A stretch of DNA of 63,617 nucleotides, the filler included, from Octopus bimaculoides (lineage: Eukaryota): the NCBI RefSeq assembly GCF_001194135.2. It is 9 parts of 7 records of this genome, joined end to end, with 100 filler letters (N's around TTAATTAATTAA, not from the genome) between each part and the next. Parts side by side here need not be neighbours in the genome. Positions count along the whole stretch, not along the records: positions 11,728 to 17,389 come from NC_069000.1; positions 17,490 to 20,641 come from NW_026336056.1; positions 20,742 to 47,618 come from NC_068986.1; 6 more parts are not named here. The stretch is one strand, 5' to 3'. This document shows, piece by piece, positions 12,660-25,926 of this stretch (its first letter is position 1; the number at the start of each line of letters is the position of its first letter). Both the position numbers and the translations under genes were made by a program. The notes under the pieces are model-generated. The model saw only the letters and a list, made by a program, of their open reading frames with translations. It did no database searches and was not told the DNA's origin.

Positions 12660-13600
12660 ATCCAGTCATTTTCCAGGTGACAGCTAACCACATCGATTAG
12701 TATTTATCGTCTACGAATATTAATAGTTGTCATTCACGCTGTAGATTCTACCGATGGAAAGTCTCGTGTTAGCTTCGTAAGATATTACCTGGAGTGTACA
12801 TTAACAATAATTATAACGGTAGGAAATATGGAGACGAGGTACATCCTCAAAATTTATTTCCTTTTATTTTACAATGTCATACAACATATTTTTATGGTTA
12901 CGATGACCTACACACGTTTCCACTGCACAGAGTATGTGCAGTTGAATATGCAACCGGGCATAATTTTCTGCGCAGATTCGTTCAGGGTCTTTCAAAAAGC
13001 TTGGCTCGAAGCAAACTGTAATTAGTTAGTTGTTTATTGATTAGAGTTCAGAGGTAAGTGAAGGAAGGTTATTTTGAATATGAAATTTAATTTGTTTGTT
13101 ATGTAATGCGGTTGACTTCGGTTTCACACCGGTTGCTGGCCGAAGTCAAGTTTCTATCTAATTAAGTCCGAGTTTATTTTACTGTTTTGGCAGGCGTCTT
13201 TGCGTATTGTTGTAGATGGGTACTTAATAAGTTACTTTCAAGTACAGTTCTTGTCATGTATTTTATTTTAGAGTAGTTCAGTTCTATGTTATGTTCTTAG
13301 CTATTCAAATATGTTCGTGGTTGTAGTATTAGCTACGCTGGGTAGTAGAAAGGAAAAGGAATATATACTAGATTGGTTAAGAAAATGCTATGTATTTGGG
13401 GAAGTTAGAACATGTGCTTCTAACTTTTCTTTACCACCCATCTGTGGGTGGGATATTGAGTTAACTGGAACGTGTGTTAAATTTCTCAAAAGTTTGGTAT
13501 AATATTTATGTAAGCGTCTTAGGGTCTGTTCCAGCCTGCTATTCCGTAATTTGTGTCTCGATGCAAAGATTTGACACAGTTCTTCTACACATGATTCGCA
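12660..13600 (-). mobile_element. Inverted 3' end / pseudo-LTR arm of a Penelope-like element
   Basis: 13480-13590 is the reverse complement of about 15420-15530, including a 19/19 anchor (13521-13539 vs 15461-15479). The left boundary is uncertain. Confidence 0.6.
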
Positions 13601-13619
13601 TCTATTTTCCCCTATTTCA

Positions 13620-15530
13620 TACGGTTTAACGTACTAATTATCTCCCACCTTGTGGTAAAGCGACTCCGTCCAGGTAACTGACCTGGGATGGATATATATT
13701 TTATTCTGCATCATTAAACAATTTCCAGAGATAGAGAGAGTTCTATACAGGGATGACGCTCTGTTCAGCTTGCATAACCATTCCAACGTTGAGATAGAAA
13801 TATACTGGAAAAAATATTTTAGTTCTTCAAAACCATATGACTATCCGTCTCAATAGAGGAGGAACACACCGCAGATCATGTTACATTAGATCTAAGTACC
13901 GGCATAGTCAAACCCTACTACAAACCCAAGGAAAACCTTAAATATGTAAACTGCAAAAGTAATCACCCCAAGTGCATAACCCAATCCATAGTCAAAAACA
14001 TTTCCACCCATAAATCTAGATTGTTGGCTCAGGAGGATGTATTTAATCTACACGGGAGAGGAAGCAGAACATAAAGATAATTTAGTGTATAGCCCAGTGA
14101 ACTAAACCAAAATAGATAAGTATAATAAGGCATTCCATAGAATAACAAATTATGCCCCCAAAATAACAACCAAATAAACTCCCATAAGAGGATAGAGAAA
14201 ACAATAAGAAAAAAGGGACAAATACATAGAATGCAACCGAAAAAATATGCAACTCGGGCGGTTATAAAAAATAAACAAATACAAGGGAATCTCGGGGCGG
14301 ACTACCTAGTAGAAATAACGGCAGAAGCGATAGTGCTCTGAACCTTAGAAGTAAAGTAAACTAGTCCAAGCGTACAAACACACAAAACATTACAAAGAAA
14401 TACGATAGCAAGAGCCGCGGACATACAGACAGTCACTACGGAAGAAGGAAGGGCCATAATATTAATAATCACACAATACACAATAATGCTCAAAGTAATA
14501 GAAATTCCAGGTTTACCTTTTGGTACAATGCTAGATTCGGGAAACAAACATTTTCCAACATTCTGAAGCAGTTTTACACCACGATCAAGAAACACTTTCA
14601 CAAGTCTAGAAAATAGCATAGAATATTCAATACAATATCCGGCTCACTTTATTTACCAACTATAACCCTGCGCAGATCATAGCAGCACACAACGCGAGAA
14701 GACTATCTAAAGATCCGATGAAAATAGTAGACTAGACAAGAAAAATGGCCTCGTTATCGGGAATATTGATAATGTTAAACCGGGTAACAGGACAGGAATA
14801 GCTGATAGCAGAAGAGACACGAACATTAACACTAACATAACTTACAATGTAGTAGGGGATGGTAGTATAGTAAGGGTCAGCAGTCGAGGGAAGACAACTC
14901 CAACACAAACCTCTACATCCACAAAACAGGACGCGAGAACCGCTAGAAATGACAACCCCAAAACACCCATGGATAGAAAGCTTAGGGAAAAAAAGTAGAT
15001 CTGTAGAAATGAGGGCAGCAGATAATGGGAACAGGCAATTAGATCTCTGTAATTGTGCTAGGAATAAAGCATGCCCCTTTAACTCTAGATATTTGACGAA
15101 GAACCTAATATATGAATGCAAGATCATTTCTGAGGGAAGGACGTACTTCTATATGGGGGCCAGCTCGCCAAATTTAAAACAAAAAATGACTAGCTAATCA
15201 TTTAAATTCATTTAGAGTTAGAAGATGAACAGCATGAGTTTAGGCATATGGTCCCTTATAATATGGTCCCTTATAATATGGTCCCTAATTAATATGGTCC
15301 CTTATTAATATGGTTCCTTTAAGACAAGAACCAGAGCTTTGCCATAGAGTGTGAGATAATATGTACGGAATAAGGGGAAATAGCATGGAATACGGAGAAA
15401 TATATGTGAGTTATTTATAGAACTATCGAATCATTGCTTCGAGACATAAATTACTTAGTTGCAGGCTGGAACAGACCCTGAAATGCTAACATAAACATAC
15501 CAAAACCTTTAAGAAATTTAACAAACACAC
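13620..15530 (+). mobile_element. Penelope-like element 1 (RT, thumb, GIY-YIG), 5'-truncated and degraded
   Basis: VLYRDDAL; VTLDLSTGIVKPYYKPKENLKYVNCKSNHPK; RFTFWYNARF..KHFHK..HRIFN; CNCARNKACPFN...NLIYECKI...YFYMG (GIY-YIG). Confidence 0.9.
15246..15320 (+). repeat. 15-16-bp tandem repeat ATATGGTCCCTTATA, 5 copies
   Basis: Direct reading; lies on the conserved IWSL codons of the PLE 1 endonuclease. Confidence 0.9.
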
Positions 15531-15619
15531 AAACGTACACACATACAAGCAAAACTATTTTTATACAAATAATGATATATTTTATCCATATGTATGTATT
15601 TAGGTATTTGTACACAAAC

Positions 15620-16870
<1,251 letters not shown>

Positions 16871-16898
16871 GCATAGTCATCAACAATTATATATATTA

Positions 16899-16937
16899 CT
16901 AGCAGAAATACCCGGCGTTGCCCGGGTTAAAGAGAAT
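16899..16937 (-). mobile_element. Helitron-like 3' terminus
   Basis: Minus strand CCCGGGCAACGCCGGG hairpin followed by TATTTCTGCTAG, the typical subterminal hairpin plus CTAG end; cut by a gap. Confidence 0.7.
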
Positions 16938-17120
16938 NNNNNNNNNNNNNNNNNNNNNNNNNNNNNNNNNNNNNNNNNNNNNNNNNNNNNNNNNNNNNNN
17001 NNNNNNNNNNNNNNNNNNNNNNNNNNNNNNNNNNNNNCTGTCTGTCTATCTCTCTATCTATCTACATACACACAGGTGAGCACACAAGAGCAAAACAAGG
17101 TGGAAAAGAATAGTACGCGA

Positions 17121-17155
<35 letters not shown>

Positions 17156-17322
17156 GATACACATACAGGTACATACACACACGCACACATACATGCACAC
17201 ACCTACGCATGCACACATCCACACAACTGTATATGCATTCTCATATACATATACGCACAGTTATATTCATCACAGTGCGCACGCGCACATATGTATAACA
17301 ATATATCCAGTGAAAAGCATTG

Positions 17323-17389
<67 letters not shown>

Positions 17390-17489
17390 NNNNNNNNNNN
17401 NNNNNNNNNNNNNNNNNNNNNNNNNNNNNNNNNTTAATTAATTAANNNNNNNNNNNNNNNNNNNNNNNNNNNNNNNNNNNNNNNNNNNN

Positions 17490-20400
17490 TATCTAAAAGT
17501 CCTAGAATTATCTACCATAATACCCCAAGAAAGTTTCTAGAGATAAATATAAGATCCAAGGATCGAGCTGTTTGAAGAAGGTTATCTTCAAGCAATTTGT
17601 AGTAAATATAAGAAACAACTTTCAGAGACAATAGTGGTTTAATGAGACGGAAGGTTGTGGATTATTTTCTTATTGAAGAATGATAAATTGAGAAATGTTT
17701 TTTTTTTAATATTTCACGGTAGGCAACCAGTGTTGCCGGGTATGCGAATAAGAATACAAGATTTAAGGAATGAAGTCGATAAGATCCAGGCTACATATGT
17801 TTCATAGTGAGCGGAACCTCGGGAGTGATAAATATCCAAGTGAGGTGTATACCGTAGGCTACTCTTCAGGCCAAGGATATCTTGATTAAATGAAAGTTTA
17901 CATCAACGCAAGGAGGTACATGTTAACACATGGAAGATTCAATCAGAATGTGTAGANNNNNNNNNNCAAGGAGGTACATGTTAACACATGGAAGATTCAA
18001 TCAGAATGTGTAGAGAACACAGTAGGAGTGGAGAATATAAATGCATAGAGGAATTAGGAATAAAAGAAGGAAAAAAAGAAAAAAAACATAAGGAAGTGAG
18101 AAGACTGAGGAATTTAAGTAAGGTCATTTGACAGGAAGTATTCAATAGGGCTACTTTGGCCGAATCACCGAAATTAGCAAGGGGAGTAAAATTTGAAAAA
18201 AGGGTAATGTAGAGGGAAGATGGTGAGGAAATATTTTTGGTCAAGGGGGAGAAAAAAGTATGCATGAAGAAATCAAGAGAGAATGGGGAAGACTGGTTGC
18301 GACTACAACTAGCTTTCAGTTAAGGNNNNNNNNNNGAGAGAATGGGGAAGACTGGTTGCGACTACAACTAGCTTTCAGTTAAGGGATGTATATTGCGTGC
18401 GGTGAGCGTGTTTCCAGTATGAAATAGTAGAAGTGTATGTTGGTGTATGTAAATTTACAAAAGGGGGAGTAGGATGGGGAGGCAGGTCAAATAAGAGAAA
18501 AAAGTGTGTAAATGGTAAGGAAAGATACGGAATTAAAGCGAAGATATATTGGTTTAATATATAGTGGTAGTGAGGATAAATAAGAGAAAATTTATGAAGG
18601 TTAGGGGAAAAAGAAGCAGTATGAAATTGTTATTTGCATTTTGAGAATAGAGTTAGTGATCGATGTTTGCAGGTAAAAGTTATACTTTGCGTTCATTAAG
18701 ATAATCCGTGGATTGCACAGTAGCTAAGACCTCGGCTATGCAGAGATTACACTTGTTATAATNNNNNNNNNNTTCTGCATGGTTTGGCATGGGTAACTAT
18801 GGGCCACTTGAGAGTGTAAGGGGTTGAATTAATCTTTAGGTTATTGATAAGCTGAGATAACGATGTACTGTTGGATTTTGTTTGGGATTTGAAACTGGAG
18901 TAGTGGTTGCTCACTCTNNNNNNNNNNNNNNNNNNNNNNNNNNNNNNNNNNNNNNNNNNACAGCTGGCAGCTGATATTGTATACTTGTAAATGATGTTCT
19001 TTTGTGAGACAGCAGTTGTCTAAAGGACAGGAGGTTAGTCGTCTGAAGCTGCATAGGTTTGTAGGGGATGTTCCGGATGAACTTGTGATGGGATTGTTAT
19101 TTAGTGAGGAACTGGTGCTAGGTTCATTATTATTGCTGGCATTAAGATTAATATTTTTAGGGAGTTGAGGGTGGTGTTGTAGGGTTGTACAATATGATAA
19201 TTATCGTGTCCGGTGGGTGGTATCGTCTGTGTCGATCTTNNNNNNNNNNNNNNNNNNNNNNNNNNNTTGTGGTAAATTTAAGGATCGGGTATTGGTAGCG
19301 GAATTATAGTTGGAGTTATGAGGATTCGTGTTGTTGAGGCGGTCAATTGGTGTTTTGGGTTTATATGTATGGAGCTGGGGGCTATGTTGAGTTAAATTAT
19401 TAGGGTTGGGGTTTGCTGGTTGTGGATTTCCGAGTTTCTTGTTGTTAAGATGTCGGATAAGTCCGGCAATGTTGTTGTTGTTGGTGGTGGAATAGAACAA
19501 TTTTATAGATTAGGGGTTAAATATTTTCCTAATAGGGCTAGATTTAGGGAAATATTTTTCGAGTAGGGTGAAGAAGAGTTTAGGTCCTCAAGTTTGAACA
19601 TTAAGAGCGGATGCTGGAACTAGACAACGCCCTGGGTTCTTGTTCGTTTAATCCGATTAGTGGTGTTAATTGGGTGGAGATAGGGTTTCGGAGGTGCACG
19701 CTGGTGTGTGTTTCGGTGAGAGTGTAGTTTGGACGAATATCGGAGTGGTGGGAGGGGGGATTTTTACGTTTATTATATGGTGGTGGTGGGTGAACTGGTT
19801 TCAGTTCTGGGTTTAGTGGAGGGAGGAATATTCCACATGGGGATATATTCGATTGAGTTATTATAGCTGGCACGTGTAAGGCACAGTTGCAATATTTTGC
19901 ATATTGATGGAATAAATCTTTACTAACAGATAGTGAGGAAATCCGGTAGGAAACGTTTTCCACAATAGATTTTAGGACGCAGTGTGGTGGTAGCTGGAGG
20001 AGAAGGTCACGTAGTTTAGATTTTTCTTGAGGTTTGTGGTATGGGTAGAAGCTTTGGTTTTTCAAGTCTAGGGTTATGTCCAAGAAATTAGAAGTATTAA
20101 CGTTGTTACAGGAGGTGCTAAGGCCGACGTTTTTTAAAAAACTTCTTAATCTTTTTCTAGTCTGTTCGATTTTCCGTTGCTAGAATTTTGGATTGCTAAC
20201 AGAGCGTCGTTTCTGTATAGACTACTGGAGATGTTAGGGAATTGTTCATGGAGACCGTTAAGTAGGTAATGCCCTCTAAGGTCCGTAACTTGGGCGAAGT
20301 CACTGGCCCCATGAGGATGTCAAAAATTTGGGCGTATCCTTGCGGGCCCAGGATTTCCCATCAAACAGTATGATATTGCGGCGGGCTGCTAATATATCAA

Positions 20401-20641
20401 TATTGTCACAAGGGAAGTTGGAATGTTTTTGGCGAAAACTAGGGCCTTAGTTAGACGAATAGGGTATAGGCTGGAGTAGTATTGATCAATGTCGATTTGT
20501 ATATATTCAAAGGTGTGCTTCGGGCGTAGAGAATTGAACCACTGGATAGCTTGACTGGTTTTGGTCCAAAGTTTCAATGTAGATGTGGTGGAAAGTTGGG
20601 GCCTTGTCGCTAAAGGTGTGTGGAGCTGCATATTGTCATCG
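17490..20641 (-). mobile_element. Penelope-like element 3 (RT, GIY-YIG, 3' UTR/pLTR with HHR), gapped
   Basis: Minus: LWTKTSQAIQWFNSL..YIQIDIDQYYSS; DITLDLKNQSFYPYHKPQE..LKSIVENVSYRISSLS; CPLDNCCLTK.NIIYK; TSLSQLINNLK..LKWPIV..CNLCIAE. Confidence 0.88.
17784..17878 (-). ncRNA. Type I hammerhead ribozyme in the PLE 3 3' region, intact core
   Basis: Minus: ATCC-tt-GGC CTGAAGA GTAG...CTAT GAAA CATATG TA GCC-t-GGAT. Core at plus 17863-69, GAAA at 17800-03, palindromic helix III ACATATGT, H17=A (17792). Confidence 0.85.
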
Positions 20642-20741
20642 NNNNNNNNNNNNNNNNNNNNNNNNNNNNNNNNNNNNNNNNNNNNTTAATTAATTAANNN
20701 NNNNNNNNNNNNNNNNNNNNNNNNNNNNNNNNNNNNNNNNN

Positions 20742-21440
20742 GTAGCTAGCGTGAAAAAACCTCATAAGTGAAAAAATCCATAATTTATTCCCGAAATATA
20801 TATTTATATTTATATAAGGGCATTACTATATAATAACACCTCACACTATGAAGGACTCTAAGGTCAGACTACCATAAAAAGCACATTTTTACCGAATGCG
20901 AGGAAATGCTACTTGATAAATTCTTGTAAAAGAATTCGTCCTATTATTGAATTTAAATATTTTACCAGAATATATTCAGTGCTGAATTTATTCTGAGAAA
21001 AAAGCATATTTACCGAGATGCAATTCGAAATTCCCGCCACTTACATAGGAAAATAGCGATGAACAGTCTTCTATATGCTATATTGGATACACGGTGTTCG
21101 GTTAGTATTTTGATTCTCTGTTTACTTCTATTTTTCTTGACCATATTATACTGACGAGTAGAGGTTGTATAATACTACAATAACTATGAAATCATGACCT
21201 ATAATTTAGTCTGTTTTAACGGGGTTGACTTTGAGAGTTGCATTTCCTCGCATTCGGTAAAAATGTGCATTTTATGGTAGTCTGACCTTAGAGTCCCTCA
21301 TAGCGTGAGGCGTTATTATATAGTGATGCCCTTATATAAATATAAATATATATTTCGGGAATAAATTATGGATTTTTTTCCCTTATGAGGTTTTTTCACG
21401 CTAGCTACTTGATAAATTCTTGTAAAAGAATTCGTCCTAT
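20742..21440 (+). mobile_element. Non-autonomous HHR-bearing PLE/retrozyme-like unit: inverted arm plus 496-bp monomer with a 37-bp terminal direct repeat, ending in (TA)n
   Basis: Inverted arms 20742-20909 / 21240-21408 (6 substitutions and 1 indel); direct repeat 20908-20944 = 21404-21440; HHR at 21145-21205. Confidence 0.8.
21145..21205 (+). ncRNA. Type I hammerhead ribozyme with U16.1-to-C lesion
   Basis: ATTATA CTGACGA GTAG-agg-TTGTA taatac TACAA-taa-CTAT GAAA TCATGA C C TATAAT: 6-bp helix I and palindromic TCATGA helix III; C21198 where U is required. Confidence 0.8.
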
Positions 21441-21469
21441 ATATATATATATATATATATATAATTCTT

Positions 21470-21850
21470 TTATTCTTTTATTTGTTTCAGTCATGTGACT
21501 GCGGCCATACTGGAGCACCGCCATTATATGCATATATATATATNNNNNNNNNNNNNNNNNNNNNNNNNNNNNNNNNNNNNNNNNNNNNNNNNNNNNNNNN
21601 NNNNNNNNNNNNNNNNNNNNNNNNNNNNATATTCTTTTACTCAGAGAACTTTAGCTATTGGACGATCCCTTTTGTCGACCTGCACAGTAATGGAGACGTA
21701 AACAAGCCAACACAAGCTGTCTAGCGTTGCTGGAGAACAAACATACACACACCACACACATCTGGCTCCTTTCGGTTTTAGTTTCTAATCCATTCACAAC
21801 GCTTTGCTCGGTCCCGGGTTATAAAAGAAAACTACTACACACCCTATATT
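21470..21850 (-). mobile_element. SINE family A, 3' part and degraded body, split by a gap
   Basis: 'tttcagtcatgtgactgcggccatactggagcaccgcc' (similar tail at about 50815-50855) and 'tccattcacaacgctttgctcggtcccgggttata' match family A copies. Confidence 0.55.
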
Positions 21851-22159
21851 CAAAACAAATATCTTACATTAAAACAGTACATTTGATGTTCGTAACGAAC
21901 AAAACCTGAGCTGATAGAAGTAGAGATGTCCCTTTCACAGATTCTAAGGAAATTGTGCTGATTTCTGCAAGTTTACCATTAACTATGAAATGTTGTACAT
22001 CATTTTCCAGATGTGCGAGGTAAAGTCCTTCCAAGCCACTCACTTATTCTATTTTAATTTTTTAATGAATATTTCTCCTATTTTCTCCGTTGTAACTACA
22101 AGAGCCCATGATTCTGCAAAATACTTGCACAAATAATATTTTATTTTATATCTCTGTTT

Positions 22160-22345
22160 AACTCTTACCTTAACCATAAACCCTAAATCCTATACGTAAT
22201 CCTAAACGCTATCCTTAACCATAAACTGTATCTCCATAAATTAAGTCCTAATCCTGATATTTAGTATCTTTTCAATATTCATTATTCTTTCAGTATTTAG
22301 TATCTTTTCAATTAAGTCGTAATCCTAATATTTAATATCTTTTCA
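22160..22345. repeat. Degenerate CCTAA/AACCCT-rich tract plus three copies of TATTTAGTATCTTTTCAAT
   Basis: Direct reading; possibly the remnant of a Helitron/MITE-like element. Confidence 0.5.
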
Positions 22346-23779
22346 ATCGCTAATGTGCTGAAAATATAATCCAAAACATCGTATGTTGAAATAAGTAAAA
22401 AATGAGACCAATGTTTGTGTGTTTTTATTTCAGAACTTCGCAGAAAAATATATACCCTTTGTAAAGTTCTAATTTAATGAAATGCAACAAGAGTTGTAGT
22501 TGAAAATTCATATCTTAAAGTTGCAAAAGACAAACATTACAAAAGAAAAAAAAATTATAAAGATATTGTAGCCTATAGACTTGAAATTTATCGTTACCTG
22601 CTAGTTTTAACTCAAATCACAGAAAACAAAAAATACACGGACGACATATAAACTGAATGTCTATGCAGAATACAACTGGAAGTAATTGTTTTAGCCATCT
22701 ACCTAATCAGACGTATATCTGTATAATTTCATACATGCATAAATGTTTTAAAGAAGCAAGAAATATTTTTATAGGACACTGCATATGTGATTGTTATACA
22801 AACAAAAGCGGAATGAAACGAATTGAATACTTCTTATTCTAAAAGACTACTGTTTTTCTTTTACGATCAATTGTGTTTAAATAAGATTATTCGGACGTCC
22901 AACAAAATTAATTTTCCTGTATAGAAAAATACATATTCATCATTACAAAAACAATTTTATATATTTTTATACACTTATACACATACAAAAATAGGCAGTG
23001 AATAAATAATACGAATGGTTCTAATATTTTTATCTACACTCCCACCACTTAAACAAACATTTCCATTTTTTCTTCAGTATTACAAACATAATTTCGTTTT
23101 ATAGTAAATATGTATTTTTCATTATTACAAAATATAAAATTTTTAAGCACTCAGAAAATATCACATAGCCTATGAACTTATGCTTCAAAATTTCAAATAT
23201 TTACGCACAAAAATGTGCCTTGAAATTTGGAACAAACATAGGCATAAGTTTATGGTTAAGGACGTCATTTCATAAATCAGCCTGGGGTTCAGTTCCACTT
23301 TGTATCACTTTAAGCAAAATTTATTCCGCTAAACGTCCAAGTTTACGGATTTGGGGTCATCGCTTTTAAGTGTTTAGTCGTTATATTCACTGGTGCTCTT
23401 AAGCCAGGTTCTTATTGTGGGACTTCTGATTTATAGGGATCTAAAAGAACCGACATAGATTGTCAAATGCAACCAGCCAAATACAATAACAAATTTACTC
23501 TTACACTTGTACGCACGTGTGATTACGAGCGTATGTGCAACTTAATGTTTGCCTCTGATTATCACTTGACATTCGATAATTTTTGTGCACTCTTCTGTAA
23601 CTTAAATTTTCGGTGGAAAGGCACCGATAATATGGGTACCAACGTTTTGAATATTGCACACACGCATATACATTTGATTGGTATATAGACAGAGAAATAG
23701 ATATGCTATAATGTGCTTTGAATTATATTTGCGTTGAGCATTTATTCACAAATGCGGTTACTTTAAAAATATTGATTCT

Positions 23780-24830
23780 TTAGTGAAATTGAGCCATACA
23801 TATGAAGAAAAAATAACAACAAAAAAAAACTATAGATCGTCATTGTTTACTTAAAGTTAGGTTTCCATTCCGACAAATCTACCTCTGATTTTTTACACAA
23901 AAATCAGTGAGACCTAACTGTCGCAAAGCACGTTGGAAAGCGAAACAGTGTTTTCATGCAATTTCAAATCATAAAATTTTAGATCACAAAACGAGATATT
24001 TGAAAATGCATCAACAACGAAAGTATTGATCACTTTGTAAAACGCAACTAATAACAGTATTATTGAGGCATGTTATAAAACTTTTTTATCTTCTGATAGC
24101 AAAAACTAGACTGAATTACCTTTTCTAAGCGCAGTTCTGGAGAAGGAGGACTAAATTGTCAAAGACATGCCACCGATTAACAATACTGTTTGTGGAAGAA
24201 TAGAAGGAGAGGAGTAGAGATGCTGAAGCAAATTCACAATACAGATGCAGGAATCTACAGTTAGAGACAGTGAGTCGATTGCTGGCATATGTGAGATATA
24301 TTGATCATGAAGGATTGTTTGAGGAAATGTTTTGCAAATCATTAGACAACATCACTACTACCATTGATGTTCACAATAATGTAAAACCTATTTGGATGTC
24401 AATAAACTAATAGAAAACATTGTGTCTTGTGCAGCAGATAATATCTGTTCTAACGGGCAAAAAACATGGCTGTTTAAAAATGATGAAAGACGACAATTCA
24501 GAAATACTGTTTCTGCACAGCTTTATTCACAGCAAAAAAAAAATCTCAGTCGCCAAAAGCGTTTCACAAATTCTAAATGAAATATTGAAGTCCGTAAAAG
24601 AAAGTATCATCAGTATCATGGATAATGATAAATGCGAGCGTCTCTGTAAATAAAGACTTTCGAGAAGATAAAACAGCAGACGACACTACAGTAAGGTGGC
24701 TGTTGTCGGATAACTGTCTGAAAAGTTTCATGGAACCGCTTGATAAACTCAATGCCGTTTTAAAGGACAAACCGAAAGGAATATTATGTTATATGTAGGT
24801 GGCAAACCTTTGTCAGTTTTAGAACTTCTT
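23780..24830 (+). pseudogene. hAT (Charlie/Buster-like) transposase relic
   Basis: DMPPINNTVCGRIE; IQMQEST..LLAYVRYID..EEMFCKSL; NIVSCAADN; GCLKMMKDDNSEILFLHSFIH; TTVRWLLSDNCLKSFME, corresponding to the DEST, TDGA, HCxxH and VRWLS motifs. Confidence 0.85.
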
Positions 24831-25789
24831 TTGCAAGAAATTTTATTTTAGACCATTTCTTGAAGTCAACAAGGCTAAAGCCTATAAACACACTCTGTTT
24901 ATAGTACACCGTTTTTTAGTTATATTTGTGAGTTATATTAGCAGATTTTGCTGCAAAACTGAATACATGAAGTAATCAGCTTGAAGATAAATATAATTTG
25001 CGTTGCTTCAACGATAAAATTATTTAGTTTCGTTACGTTTCTCGAGTTATGTCAAGCGAATATTACAGCCAGAATACATAACCCGCTCTACTGAATAAAT
25101 AAAATGAAATAAAATATGCTATATTTTGTCATTGTGCGTAATTTGTAAATAGTTGCCCTCACACTTTACTCTTAGATTTTCTGTTTCGGTCATAGCGTAG
25201 CTAAAGAGAATTGCTTGAAATAAGAATTCTTTTACAAATAAAAAGAACCATGATAGAGCCGTGTGATAAGACCAACATTGAATGCTTAAATTTAAGCCGT
25301 TTGGCGTGAGACTTAATGTTACTGTTTCCTTCTTCACGTTTAATATGAGGTGTTCTTATCTTGTTGCTGTAAGTGATTCACTACAGAAGGGAAACGAAGA
25401 ATGCGATTGGATATCAGAATATCTGCTATCAAAATTACTTGTCATAAAATTAAAACACAAAAATGTCATTAACTTGTGATGATCAAGACTTTGAACTTGT
25501 ATAATTACCTTTCATTGGGAAGATTTATCAATATTATTGATTAAATACATTTTTGTAAATTTATACTTGTAAATTTTTGACTGAAAACCTATTTCAATGA
25601 GATAAGATAGTTACCCTCCCCAATTTTAATTTCTTTTACTGTTCGTATCTAATAAAACGCACATCTAAGGTACTCATTGTTCGAAATATAGAATTTTAAA
25701 TTATTGAAACGAAATTTGTTTTTATTTAATAGGGGAAATGTAAAATTTGTTTGAAAGTGTATTTAATAATTACAAGGCAATAATTACTG

Positions 25790-25892
25790 ATCAGTGAAAT
25801 AGACAGAAATAAACAGACAAATCGCTCAGGCAGATAAATAAATAGTGAGACGGAGAGAGGGAATGTGTGTATGAGTACGAGGGAGAGATAGC

Positions 25893-25926
<34 letters not shown>

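Noticed and set aside
17910-18384. 48-49-bp direct repeats on either side of 10-N gaps (about 17910-18015 and 18277-18384)
   Set aside because: Exact duplicates around minimal gaps indicate unmerged contig overlaps.
20742-21408. Simple MITE interpretation of the 168-bp inverted repeats
   Set aside because: It does not explain the 37-bp direct repeat offset from the arms, the internal HHR or the (TA)n end; kept only as the alternative hypothesis.
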